From a virus, in the IMG/VR virus record IMGVR_UViG_3300045988_079665: DNA of 64,000 nucleotides; one strand, 5' to 3'. Made by a program: the position numbers and the translations under genes. How positions within the stretch are numbered: the stretch's first letter is position 1; each line of letters starts with the position of its first letter. Positions 10,037-19,160 of the stretch are shown piece by piece. The notes beneath the pieces were generated by a model. It saw nothing but the letters and a program-made list of their open reading frames with translations. It was not told the origin of the DNA and made no database searches.

Positions 10037-10065
10037 AGTATACCATAGAATCAGGAGGTTGTCAA
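10037..10065 (-). promoter_or_regulatory. sigma-A type promoter TTGACA-17-TATACT
   Basis: Plus strand has agtata at 10037-10042 and tgtcaa at 10060-10065; exact 17-nt spacer. Confidence 0.7.
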
Positions 10066-10073
10066 GCAATATT

Positions 10074-10256
10074 TTAATTATTTTTAATTATTTTCTTTAA
10101 TTCTACAAATAGCTCTCTGCCACAAATGGGACAGGTAGAATTTATGTCAACTACATATTTTTCATCTACCATTAAGCCACAATTTGGGCATTTGATAGGA
10201 GCATATTTTAGGGGTCGCTCAGTCCGTTTGCGACGATTTCTTTCTGCTCTGCTCAT
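10074..10256 (-). CDS. zinc-ribbon small protein
   Basis: CPNCG...CPICG pairs; basic N-terminus. Confidence 0.5.
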   Translation of the reverse strand: MSRAERNRRKRTERPLKYAPIKCPNCGLMVDEKYVVDINSTCPICGRELFVELKKIIKNN

Positions 10257-10419
10257 TCAGATTCATTGCCTCCAATCCAACCATCTAAGCTATTTGCCAT
10301 ACAAGCAATCACAGCCGCTACCAGCAGTACCCATTTGTTGTTATAACCGCGCAGAATTAGTGTGTATAGCACAACAGATGTGACCATACTGATCGCCTTA
10401 GTCCATTTTCTCAGATTAC

Positions 10420-12105
10420 TCAATTAAAATATTCACTCCAATCAATTTCATTTTCTTTTGGCTTATCAATAATCTCATATCGCTCAATAATTGCTTGAGG
10501 CTTAATCTGACCATTATATTCATTCAATCCAAGCGATACTACCACCTCAATAGATTTGCCTTGTGCTGATTCAAATTGAGTTGCTTCTTCATTACTAACA
10601 AAGAATTTGATGAACTCAACGCCATCTTGAATCAGCTTAACAGTAGTTGAACGATTGCGATAAATATAGATTTGAGGGGATGTTAAAATACAATGAAGTA
10701 ACGGCTTGTTTACATCCTTGCCCCATAGGATATTATTTTCTACACACACATTTGCAAGATTGCGTGTGATATTATTAGGCTCGATTTGAGCTGCTACCTC
10801 AATATCTGGCTCTACGTCCAAGTCAAGCCCATCTAAGAATCGTGCAAATCGTTTGAGGTTGGACTTCTTCACGGTTATACCAGCTGCGGCATCATGTCCT
10901 TGACACTTGGCTAATCCTGATTCATTGATAATCTCAAGCAAATCAATAGGACTGCGCATCGAACCAGACCATGTTGTGCTATTTAGTTCTATCAGCAGGA
11001 ATGTGGGCTTATTATATTTATCACAGAATTTATTGGCTACAAGCCCTAAATAAGATTTATTCTCAGGTTCACCAAAACCGATAATAACCTTATGAGACGT
11101 ATCAAGTCCATCTGACAGCTTATCTACTACCTTCTTGACTTGATAATCCTGCTTAGATTTTACGGCTTTCATAACCTTTACAGCAGCTTCTGGCTCAATC
11201 TTACCAATCAGCGCATCAAAGAATAGCCGTTTAGTAGACTGGTCGTCACTACGAGCCAGTGCATTAGCAAGAGGCGCAATACCAAATGCAACACCCTCTG
11301 GATTAACGCCGCGATTACAACAATGCTCTAAGCAATATTTAATAAATGGATTGGTTGGATTAGTCAAGCCGTCATATACATATTTGCGGTTCTCAGGTGA
11401 ACGTAAGCTGCAAATATCAGAGATCAGGCTAACAGCTACTAGGTCTTTGAAAGATTGAGTCGAGTCGAGTGCACAAGCAAATTTTTCTACAACTCCTGTA
11501 CCGCTAATGTCGGTATTGCAAGTATATGTGACCTTAACACCATTATAAACTCGCTCAACTAGCTCAAGTTGGTCATCCGGCATTGGTGGAATAATAGCAC
11601 TATTATATGGATTGACTACAACGGCGTGTCTATTCTCTTTTTCAATGATATGGTGGTCAAGAACAATAACCTTGATACCATGTTCATATAGCTCTCTACA
11701 AGCGTCAACCTCACTCGACCCAGCATCAGGGATAATGAGCATATCAATATTTGCGGCAAGAATATCTGGCAGCAGATCAGTACACCCGTGTTGTTTGCCA
11801 GTATGGGCAAAGATAATTGGCTCTACCTCTGGATGATATTCTTTACATAGCATATAGGCAATAGCAGCAGAACAAGCGCCGTCCATATCAGAGTCAATAA
11901 CGATTCCAATTCTACCTATATCTCCATGAAGCATATCAACAGCCACATCCATGTTCTTATACATATCAGGCGATTGATATTCAATACTATCTGGATTTAG
12001 ATATGTGTCAATATCGGCTATCCCACAAGCAGATAAATATTCCCCTAAAAATGTGGCTTCATTAAGGGAATCAAGCAGTGGATGAATCTTAATCTGAATC
12101 ACCAT
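10420..12105 (-). CDS. recJ: RecJ-like DHH-family single-strand DNA exonuclease
   Basis: DHH motifs DSDMDGACS, IIPDAGS, VLDHH and DHHA1 GHDAAAG. Start set at the internal Met (MVIQIK), because the longer ORF to 12171 overlaps the upstream gene. Confidence 0.85.
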   Translation of the reverse strand: MVIQIKIHPLLDSLNEATFLGEYLSACGIADIDTYLNPDSIEYQSPDMYKNMDVAVDMLHGDIGRIGIVIDSDMDGACSAAIAYMLCKEYHPEVEPIIFAHTGKQHGCTDLLPDILAANIDMLIIPDAGSSEVDACRELYEHGIKVIVLDHHIIEKENRHAVVVNPYNSAIIPPMPDDQLELVERVYNGVKVTYTCNTDISGTGVVEKFACALDSTQSFKDLVAVSLISDICSLRSPENRKYVYDGLTNPTNPFIKYCLEHCCNRGVNPEGVAFGIAPLANALARSDDQSTKRLFFDALIGKIEPEAAVKVMKAVKSKQDYQVKKVVDKLSDGLDTSHKVIIGFGEPENKSYLGLVANKFCDKYNKPTFLLIELNSTTWSGSMRSPIDLLEIINESGLAKCQGHDAAAGITVKKSNLKRFARFLDGLDLDVEPDIEVAAQIEPNNITRNLANVCVENNILWGKDVNKPLLHCILTSPQIYIYRNRSTTVKLIQDGVEFIKFFVSNEEATQFESAQGKSIEVVVSLGLNEYNGQIKPQAIIERYEIIDKPKENEIDWSEYFN

Positions 12106-12361
12106 CCTTTTCTGGCAGATTAAAATAAGACCACCAATCGTTAGAAAAATATATTGGCCCAATGCCGCCATTTTTGTCTTGCCAATCTAGCTTTTCTTCA
12201 ATTTCATCCGTACCTGTACGCGGGTCATGAACCGTGACATCAACCTTTACATATCTGCTTTGCTTAATATAATGTTGCCCACTGCGCGATCTACATGTAA
12301 GTACCCATTCACCTATTGGCGGCAAATCAGATACATCTACGACTCTATGCCATTCAATCAT
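12089..12361 (-). CDS. hypothetical protein
   Basis: ORF track; 4-nt overlap with 12358. Confidence 0.5.
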   Translation of the reverse strand: MIEWHRVVDVSDLPPIGEWVLTCRSRSGQHYIKQSRYVKVDVTVHDPRTGTDEIEEKLDWQDKNGGIGPIYFSNDWWSYFNLPEKDGDSD

Positions 12362-12765
12362 TCTTTCTCTCCTCCAATCTTAAACGGTCTACCCTTTTTA
12401 GCTCTAAGATAACCAGAACGATATGCTAAAGCAACAGCCTTAATTACATCACTTTCTGGAACATATGGCTCATAATCATTTTTTGATTCAAATTCTAGTT
12501 CAAATACAGTTGGCAATAATTTGTGATATTCTGTCTTCATACACATACTTTCAAGTTTTGGCTTGAGCATATTGTAGATTTCATCATCTGAAATATCTAT
12601 TTCTTTTTCATACGCAACAATACTATCTTCTGGCTCAATGATAAACTCATAATCTTTCGTAACAATCATAATATCATTCGGTAAAATTCTGACCACTGCT
12701 TTGCCAATACATTCGTAAGAGTTTGTTTTATAAGCTACCTTATCTCCTACTTTGAATTTGCTCAT
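12358..12765 (-). CDS. hypothetical protein
   Basis: ORF track. First gene behind the promoter at 12799-12827. Confidence 0.55.
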   Translation of the reverse strand: MSKFKVGDKVAYKTNSYECIGKAVVRILPNDIMIVTKDYEFIIEPEDSIVAYEKEIDISDDEIYNMLKPKLESMCMKTEYHKLLPTVFELEFESKNDYEPYVPESDVIKAVALAYRSGYLRAKKGRPFKIGGEKE

Positions 12766-12798
12766 AATAAAATCAACCTCCTTATTGTTGATATAGCA

Positions 12799-12827
12799 AT
12801 TATATCATAAAGAGGTTGATTTGTCAA
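12799..12827 (-). promoter_or_regulatory. sigma-A type promoter TTGACA-17-TATAAT
   Basis: attata at 12799-12804 and tgtcaa at 12822-12827 on the plus strand. Confidence 0.75.
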
Positions 12828-12836
12828 GTATTTAAT

Positions 12837-13106
12837 TTATTTAAATGTTGTGTCATCCCAAGGATTGTATTCATATCCACAATGAGGACAATAATTGGAC
12901 ATGCCAATAATCTCTTTCCCGCATCTGATGCACTTATACACATCACCGTAGTGCTCATCAAATTTATTCATTGGAATCCAAAGTAATTCAAGATTATTAC
13001 TTAGTGGTTTATATTTATCACAGATTTCCATTTGTTTTGCATCACATACAGTCAGCTCTTTCTCGCCCCAACATTTATCTATGTTTACCTTAACAAAAAG
13101 TGCCAT
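12837..13106 (-). CDS. zinc-ribbon protein (hypothetical)
   Basis: CIRCG...CPHCG. Confidence 0.5.
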   Translation of the reverse strand: MALFVKVNIDKCWGEKELTVCDAKQMEICDKYKPLSNNLELLWIPMNKFDEHYGDVYKCIRCGKEIIGMSNYCPHCGYEYNPWDDTTFK

Positions 13107-13154
13107 CTACCCATCTCAAATATGTGACATTATGCGCATACTTACATGGCGTTC

Positions 13155-13454
13155 TCATACTTTCACCCAATCTACTACAGTAACAACACGCTCTTTACGC
13201 TCAACACGATATGGATTTGATGGATATTCATTTTCTTGATATTCAGTTAAACCAGAGCGCCAGTCAATAGCCCAATATTCACCATTATATTTGAATATAG
13301 TTCGCATCTTCTGTGTCCATCTACCAGACGAGCCATCAATTTGATCTATATATTCATATCCTTCATCGTCAAGATCGCCCCATGCTAAATTAGCACGGTC
13401 ATCTTCTGTTAGCTTTTCTCCATTTAGAAACTTTTCCATAATTGGTTTACTCAT
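13155..13454 (-). CDS. hypothetical protein
   Basis: ORF track; 4-nt overlap with primase. Confidence 0.5.
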   Translation of the reverse strand: MSKPIMEKFLNGEKLTEDDRANLAWGDLDDEGYEYIDQIDGSSGRWTQKMRTIFKYNGEYWAIDWRSGLTEYQENEYPSNPYRVERKERVVTVVDWVKV

Positions 13455-14503
13455 ACTTTCACCCTACTTTCCCATAATTTCATAGCTTGTTCATATGACA
13501 TATCCATCATATTGCATTTATACATATCATAACCTTGATTATTATAGACTATGCTAACTGAAAAATATGGCTTTAACTTAGCCGCCAATTTTTTCATCTT
13601 TACAACAAAGAACTTAAATTCATCATCTCCTACTTGGTGATAATCGCTATCCATACATAACACCACATCATTCACACCAAGCTCTAGCAATAGCTGTATA
13701 TGCTGTTTGCTTATATTAGAGCCAAAGACAGCTAAGGCGTTATCTATACCATATTGAGGCGCTTTTAGCACTGACTTTTCACTCTCAAATAGCACTACTT
13801 GGCGCGACTTTTCAATAGCAGCTTTATTTTGGTCATAGCCATAAAATAACTGACTACTTGGAAATTTTAATACTGTCCCATCTAACGTACATATTGGTCT
13901 ATATTTGCCCTTAGACACATCCTGCTCTCTTGTATATCGTCCTCTTACACCTACTAGTTGTCCATTAAACACAACAGGTATGGAAATACACGCCTGACGC
14001 GCATACCAGCCTATACCAAATTTGTCAAGTATGTCCGCTGAAATGCCATATTCTAGCCATTCTTGCGGATATAAATGGTCAAATAGAGATAATATGGACT
14101 TGTCATATGTCAAGAGCTTATCTGGCTCTGGTTCGGCATTAGGTAGAAATCGGCGCAATTCAGCCCAATTATCAATACATTTATTTTCTTCTATTTGCCC
14201 TACTTGAAGATGCAGGACTGAGCAGATATATGATACAGCTTGATTGAAGTCAATATGTTTGACATGCTGAACTAGAGATATGACATCACCTGAAAAGCCG
14301 CAACTCCAACAATGGAATGAGCCAGATTCTATATAATACCATAATTTTGGCTTATGCTTATCCCAATCAGCGCCCCAATGACAAATTGAGCCAAATATCA
14401 GATTATTGCTATCAGCTTTCATCAATGGCGCACCTAGAGCATCCATTAGTTCTATAATGCGGTCATCGGTTAATTGGGATTTAAGAGATGCGATGTCAAT
14501 CAT
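13451..14503 (-). CDS. dnaG: DnaG-type DNA primase (CHC2 zinc finger + TOPRIM)
   Basis: CHWG...HCWSCGFSGD zinc finger, TOPRIM Glu in LFESEKS, and DxD in CMDSDYHQVGDD. Confidence 0.8.
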   Translation of the reverse strand: MIDIASLKSQLTDDRIIELMDALGAPLMKADSNNLIFGSICHWGADWDKHKPKLWYYIESGSFHCWSCGFSGDVISLVQHVKHIDFNQAVSYICSVLHLQVGQIEENKCIDNWAELRRFLPNAEPEPDKLLTYDKSILSLFDHLYPQEWLEYGISADILDKFGIGWYARQACISIPVVFNGQLVGVRGRYTREQDVSKGKYRPICTLDGTVLKFPSSQLFYGYDQNKAAIEKSRQVVLFESEKSVLKAPQYGIDNALAVFGSNISKQHIQLLLELGVNDVVLCMDSDYHQVGDDEFKFFVVKMKKLAAKLKPYFSVSIVYNNQGYDMYKCNMMDMSYEQAMKLWESRVKV

Positions 14504-14822
14504 GATTCAAACATATCTTTTCAAATTCAATGCATTGCGTACCAATAAGAATCAACCCATCATCTGGCTTGTCATCTGACGTTTGAACATTAAAATAATG
14601 AGTAATTGCAGGACATAAATAAACCGGCTCTTTATATAGCTTGATGCCGAGCTTTAGATGTTTAGAGCCATCTGCATTATCATGGGATTCTACTACAAAA
14701 TTATCATAATCATCTTGAGTGTCGAACGATACGATTGTTTCAAATCCTGTAAGATATGAGCGAGGTGACGCATATGGTACATTTATATGTTCTCTTTCTT
14801 CTTTTACATTTATGTGAATCAT
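14496..14822 (-). CDS. hypothetical protein
   Basis: ORF track; 8-nt overlap with primase. Confidence 0.5.
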   Translation of the reverse strand: MIHINVKEEREHINVPYASPRSYLTGFETIVSFDTQDDYDNFVVESHDNADGSKHLKLGIKLYKEPVYLCPAITHYFNVQTSDDKPDDGLILIGTQCIEFEKICLNHD

Positions 14823-14844
14823 AATATTCCCTCAACGAAGTTTA

Positions 14845-15018
14845 TTACGTTAAAAATACTGCCATGGTTGCAACCATACATGTGAATGCAAATAGCCCGC
14901 AGCCTAGACTACACAGCACCAGTGAGCTGAACTGACGATATTTCTTATAGTGGCTACCACCAACAGCAATGGCTAAAATCGCGCCAATCAAGCATTGAGC
15001 AACTAAAATCCATAGCAT
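14845..15018 (-). CDS. small membrane protein (57 aa)
   Basis: Hand translation MLWILVAQCLIGAILAIAVGG...CGLFAFTCMVATMAVFLT. ATGA overlap with the upstream stop at 15018. Confidence 0.4.
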   Translation of the reverse strand: MLWILVAQCLIGAILAIAVGGSHYKKYRQFSSLVLCSLGCGLFAFTCMVATMAVFLT

Positions 15019-15224
15019 CAGTTATTCTCCTTATACCACAGCACGATTTCCTCTGGCACATATATCTGTACTACCTTGACAAACGGTGCTTCATCATTAT
15101 GTAACCCAATCACAATATCACAGTCTTGATAATATGGTACATCAGCTAATAGCTTATCTGCATTTGCGGCAATATCTTGAGCACATAGACGCAGTATATC
15201 TGCACGATTCACATTTCTTTGCAT
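15018..15224 (-). CDS. hypothetical protein
   Basis: ORF track. AAGGA RBS lies inside the upstream ORF. Confidence 0.5.
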   Translation of the reverse strand: MQRNVNRADILRLCAQDIAANADKLLADVPYYQDCDIVIGLHNDEAPFVKVVQIYVPEEIVLWYKENN

Positions 15225-15363
15225 TTTTCATTATTCCTTTCAATACAATTTTTTGATACCATAATAGCTTGATGTTAAAATATTGTTCAACGAGAATGTC
15301 AGGATTACGCAGATAAAATTCGCGCCAACTATCAGTATTCTTTTGTTTTAATAATTCATTCAT
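15154..15363 (-). CDS. small ORF whose first ~45 aa resemble the N-terminus of the large terminase in this window
   Basis: FYLRNPDILVEQYFNIKLLWYQK compares with TerL FRRNWDIFAEFYLGIPLKPYQR (62174 gene). Its tail overlaps the next gene by 71 nt. Confidence 0.4.
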   Translation of the reverse strand: MNELLKQKNTDSWREFYLRNPDILVEQYFNIKLLWYQKIVLKGIMKNAKKCESCRYTASMCSRYCRKCR

Positions 15364-15370
15364 GTGTCAA

Positions 15371-15583
15371 TCATTCTTCAATAATAGGTAATGACATAGC
15401 TATTTTATATTCACAAGTTGGGCACACCTCTGTCTCGTTATACCCCATTGTGTCTACTTTACCGATGATTTTATCGCCACTTTTTCCACCTCTAACAGAT
15501 ACGCGAAACATTCTGGGCAATTTAATGATATGCCCTGTTACATCAAGTTCTTCTCCACAAATATCACAAAATCGTTTAATCAT
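15371..15583 (-). CDS. zinc-ribbon small protein
   Basis: CDICG...CPTCE. Confidence 0.5.
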   Translation of the reverse strand: MIKRFCDICGEELDVTGHIIKLPRMFRVSVRGGKSGDKIIGKVDTMGYNETEVCPTCEYKIAMSLPIIEE

Positions 15584-15789
15584 TCAGTTATCCCCTTTGT
15601 TGCTACAATAGCATCACGGAAATCTTGGAACGCCTTATGTATATCTTCCAAAGTTATCTTGCTTATATATTCTTTAACCTGTTCCGGCGTTTCTCCAAGT
15701 TGCTCAGCCATTTCTTCGATAGCGTCTCTACTATTATCATCGGCAATAGGCCATAGCTCGATTTCTTCAGCTAATTCAATTTCGCTCAT
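15580..15789 (-). CDS. hypothetical acidic protein
   Basis: ORF track; 4-nt overlaps on both sides. Confidence 0.5.
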   Translation of the reverse strand: MSEIELAEEIELWPIADDNSRDAIEEMAEQLGETPEQVKEYISKITLEDIHKAFQDFRDAIVATKGITE

Positions 15790-17258
15790 TTAGCATACAC
15801 CAACCTTGTTCTTTGAAGCTGTATTGGATTGTCGAACTTGCTCGTTACAAAACAATCCTTTGTTCGACCCGTATTCAAATCAAGGTAGAAATATATCTTA
15901 ATACCTTGTTCAACCTGTGAGAAGCGCATTTTATAGAGATGTAGCACGCGATTTGGCTTTACTTTATCAGAATATTTCTCCATCATCATATCAGCTATTT
16001 CTTGCTCTTTACGGCGCAATGGCATAATTACGCCAGCTACATCAGCCTTGTTTTGAATCGCTCTTGAACCAGCCGCAACGCCACTGTCCATAATTTCTTG
16101 CGTCATAGCATTAGCATTGACCTGAGTAAATGTCAGTACGGCTATATTGTATTCAACAGCCAAATCCTTGAGCTTACTTGCTATGCCAGATAGCACCTGA
16201 TCTGAGCGAGTAGATACGCCATTCTTTTTAGCCAAATCGCTTGATACAGATGAAGATTCAACAATATAATCATAACATAGAAAGCCTACTTGTTTATTTA
16301 CTACATAATCCTTTACATACGATTCAATTAAATCAACCGTATAATTTGGCATTGTGACAATATATAGCTTAGATTCGTGCAGGATTTTAATAGCCTCATC
16401 TACACGTTCTTCTTCACCTTCTTCGTATCGCCCATTTAAGATGCTGAAGCATGGTACGCCGCTAATTGTAGCCACAATCTTCGGCGTGATTTCAGTATCA
16501 CCAGCCATCTCAAATTGGAGATATAGACCAGCTTTATGCTGATAACATGGATTATCTATATATTGCCCCTTGTCTATATCATAGATTCTAGGACAGCATA
16601 CTTGCACTAAATTAGCCAAACCAATGGTTGACTTGCCTACGCCTGAGCCGACTGAATAGATGGATAATTGCCCTTGAATCCAGCCTCTAGCAGCTGTGTT
16701 GAGGTATTCACTAAAGGTCGTTGCGCCAAATAGTGGCTCTGCTTTGAAGCCCTCTTTGACCGCCTCAAATCCATCACCAGCTTTTAGCTCATCTATATCT
16801 TTGTCCTTATAGAATTGCTTCTTTATAGCTATTTGCTGTGCATCAAAATATTGTACTATATCCTCTATGGTTGCTTTATCATCTTGCTCAAATTTATCTA
16901 TGTTATAACCAGCATTTTTATAGCTTCTGAGTAACGTGGCGCGGCGCGTGTTGTTGTAATAGACCTCAAAATTGCCAACATTAGCAAGCTGCTTGACCGT
17001 ATCAATAAAATCATCTAATTGATTTAGCTTGAATATATCCTCTACTCTCTTGTTGGTCTTACATAGCATATATAGGTCTAGTGCCGATATAGACTCAGCT
17101 CCACGACGACTAAGAGCGACGCACCCTTGCCACAATCTGAGGTGAAAATCCATCGTAAAATCATCACGGCTTAGGGGGTACTTGTCAGAAATAGCAAGAG
17201 AAGGCTTGATTAGCAAACAACCTAATAGCAATCTGACAGAATTTTGGTCATAGAGCAA
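15786..17258 (-). CDS. dnaB: DnaB-type replicative DNA helicase
   Basis: N-terminal DnaB-like domain, Walker A GSGVGKST, Walker B-like FLCYDYIV; 490 aa. Confidence 0.85.
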   Translation of the reverse strand: MLYDQNSVRLLLGCLLIKPSLAISDKYPLSRDDFTMDFHLRLWQGCVALSRRGAESISALDLYMLCKTNKRVEDIFKLNQLDDFIDTVKQLANVGNFEVYYNNTRRATLLRSYKNAGYNIDKFEQDDKATIEDIVQYFDAQQIAIKKQFYKDKDIDELKAGDGFEAVKEGFKAEPLFGATTFSEYLNTAARGWIQGQLSIYSVGSGVGKSTIGLANLVQVCCPRIYDIDKGQYIDNPCYQHKAGLYLQFEMAGDTEITPKIVATISGVPCFSILNGRYEEGEEERVDEAIKILHESKLYIVTMPNYTVDLIESYVKDYVVNKQVGFLCYDYIVESSSVSSDLAKKNGVSTRSDQVLSGIASKLKDLAVEYNIAVLTFTQVNANAMTQEIMDSGVAAGSRAIQNKADVAGVIMPLRRKEQEIADMMMEKYSDKVKPNRVLHLYKMRFSQVEQGIKIYFYLDLNTGRTKDCFVTSKFDNPIQLQRTRLVYAK

Positions 17259-17261
17259 TGA

Positions 17262-17627
17262 TTATTCCTCCATTATACCCTTAATTTCTTTTACCTTTTC
17301 AACATATTCTTTGAAGCTAAACCATTTGTTTTTCATCAAATGACCAATTTTATCAATCGTGTTATGCTCATCTACATGGACACGCACATATTTATCCTTT
17401 AGGTCTTCCCACTTATCAACCTCAAGCGTTTTCATCAATTCAATGATAGCACCATATCCATCAGATGAGCCATAATGTCCAACTTCACTACACCAATGGT
17501 CGAGACAGTAACCACCCATACCACCACCCCAACCAGCGCCTTCAACATAAATATAAACTGTTAGACAGCCATGATCTTCGCCTAGTTTAGTCTCTGTAAT
17601 TTTAGCATTTAGTGTTTCGTTCCTCAT
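17262..17627 (-). CDS. hypothetical protein
   Basis: ORF track. Confidence 0.5.
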   Translation of the reverse strand: MRNETLNAKITETKLGEDHGCLTVYIYVEGAGWGGGMGGYCLDHWCSEVGHYGSSDGYGAIIELMKTLEVDKWEDLKDKYVRVHVDEHNTIDKIGHLMKNKWFSFKEYVEKVKEIKGIMEE

Positions 17628-17629
17628 TC

Positions 17630-17746
17630 TTATTCCTCCTTGCTCGATTCATCTAATTCACAAAACGTGCCTTGCCAATGCGGGCAATCCGTATCAGGAG
17701 CAGTGCATTTAGCACCATCTTTATATGGACACATCATCATTTCCAT
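17630..17746 (-). CDS. Cys-rich mini-protein (38 aa)
   Basis: Hand translation MEMMMCPYKDGAKCTAPDTDCPHWQGTFCELDESSKEE. Overlaps the upstream stop; its stop lies 2 nt before the next ATG. Confidence 0.35.
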   Translation of the reverse strand: MEMMMCPYKDGAKCTAPDTDCPHWQGTFCELDESSKEE

Positions 17747-17988
17747 TTCAACGCTTGCCCACAACATTCACAATATTGCATATATGAGTTGACATCATTA
17801 CCACATAACTGGCAAATACCACTATCTTTGTACCATCCAGACGAGCGCACACCAACTGCATATATGGGGATTTGTTTCTGCAATGCTCCAACAATAGCGC
17901 CCAGATACGGCGCAATATCGCTTGTATCAAGCATACCGCTAGTTAGAGCATTAAGGGCCTCATCATATTCATTAACATATTGTTTCAT
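17737..17988 (-). CDS. hypothetical protein with C-terminal Cys cluster
   Basis: ORF track; CQLCG...CECCG. Confidence 0.5.
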   Translation of the reverse strand: MKQYVNEYDEALNALTSGMLDTSDIAPYLGAIVGALQKQIPIYAVGVRSSGWYKDSGICQLCGNDVNSYMQYCECCGQALKWK

Positions 17989-18209
17989 AATTTAGCATTC
18001 TCCGGAAGTTTAATTCTAATCCAGCAATCAGAGCTATCTACAAGACGCTCTTCGCCCGTGTCACTATCTACCCATTCATGTTCATCGCGACGATATTCGC
18101 ACATATGGCACAGCGGATATAAATATTCTCCATCTTCTGTACAATGCGCAACTAATACTTCTTCAAAATCGTTTGGTAATTCATCATTAAATACCTTATT
18201 CCATTTCAT
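17985..18209 (-). CDS. hypothetical protein
   Basis: ORF track. Confidence 0.5.
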   Translation of the reverse strand: MKWNKVFNDELPNDFEEVLVAHCTEDGEYLYPLCHMCEYRRDEHEWVDSDTGEERLVDSSDCWIRIKLPENAKL

Positions 18210-18212
18210 TGT

Positions 18213-18482
18213 TTACTCCTTCTTGTTTACTACAGTCTTAATATTTTTCCAACCAATCATTTGCCCACAACTGTGGCAATATGTATCCTTAATTCTACCA
18301 TGGTCATTCTCTACGCCCATATCACAATTAGGACAAGCCCAGCCTTCTGCATCTTCTTCTTTTCGGTAATATGGTTTGCTTGGCAACTGCTTATTGATGG
18401 CATTTACGATAGCACAAAGCATCTCTGGTTCAATGATATTTGAGAACGCCCAGCTAAGTGCCTTATTATAATCATATTTCAT
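18213..18482 (-). CDS. hypothetical zinc-ribbon protein
   Basis: CPNCD...CHSCG. Confidence 0.5.
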   Translation of the reverse strand: MKYDYNKALSWAFSNIIEPEMLCAIVNAINKQLPSKPYYRKEEDAEGWACPNCDMGVENDHGRIKDTYCHSCGQMIGWKNIKTVVNKKE

Positions 18483-18485
18483 TTC

Positions 18486-18707
18486 TTATTCCTCCGGCAA
18501 TTCAATATATGCCCAACGGTCTGCCACATCAACAAAGCAACGATCATAATCATTTGCTCCATAAATCCATTTATCGCCACGTCTATAACACAGCATTGTT
18601 GCTTCTTCATTGTATTGACAGTCCATATTCCAATACGCTACAAGTACGCGCTTAAATTCTTGTGGAAAATCATCATCAGATATTTTATGCCATTGCATCA
18701 TCATCAA
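18486..18707 (-). CDS. hypothetical protein
   Basis: ORF track. Paralog-like to 17985-18209 (W-H/N-K-I/V...DDFP/LPNDF...VLVA pattern). Confidence 0.5.
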   Translation of the reverse strand: MMMMQWHKISDDDFPQEFKRVLVAYWNMDCQYNEEATMLCYRRGDKWIYGANDYDRCFVDVADRWAYIELPEE

Positions 18708-18945
18708 TCTCCTTTACAACCATATTATCATCATCGGCTCTAAAGCAATGAAAATCAGGGCAACGTCCGCAAAATTCAGCAATGTCTTGATGTTCTTGGT
18801 CATGATGCAATCCGCATCTAATCGGCTCGCCACGGACAATATTTCCGTCTTTATCAAAGAAAAATTCATGGTGAGCATAGATGCAGAAATCACAGCAAGC
18901 AAATCTCAAGCATTCTTCAGAACATCCAATCATTTTATGTTTCAT
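18685..18945 (-). CDS. Cys/His-rich hypothetical protein
   Basis: ORF track; many Cys/His residues (CCDFC, CGLHHDQEH, CGRCPDFHC). Confidence 0.5.
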   Translation of the reverse strand: MKHKMIGCSEECLRFACCDFCIYAHHEFFFDKDGNIVRGEPIRCGLHHDQEHQDIAEFCGRCPDFHCFRADDDNMVVKEIDDDAMA

Positions 18946-19160
18946 GACATCAAATCCTCTTTAGATAATCTCATTGTTCCCAATAAATTATTTCCACTCT
19001 CATCTGTTAGAGTAAAAGATTCCCCATTAAGTCCAATAACGAGATACTTATGCCCTCCAACATAAGTATGAGTAATATATCGAATACTTGAAACATCGAC
19101 ATACATCTTGGTAGCATCATAGCCAATATCATAACCCGGATAGTATTCAACCAAAATCAT
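18942..19160 (-). CDS. hypothetical protein
   Basis: ORF track. Confidence 0.5.
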   Translation of the reverse strand: MILVEYYPGYDIGYDATKMYVDVSSIRYITHTYVGGHKYLVIGLNGESFTLTDESGNNLLGTMRLSKEDLMS

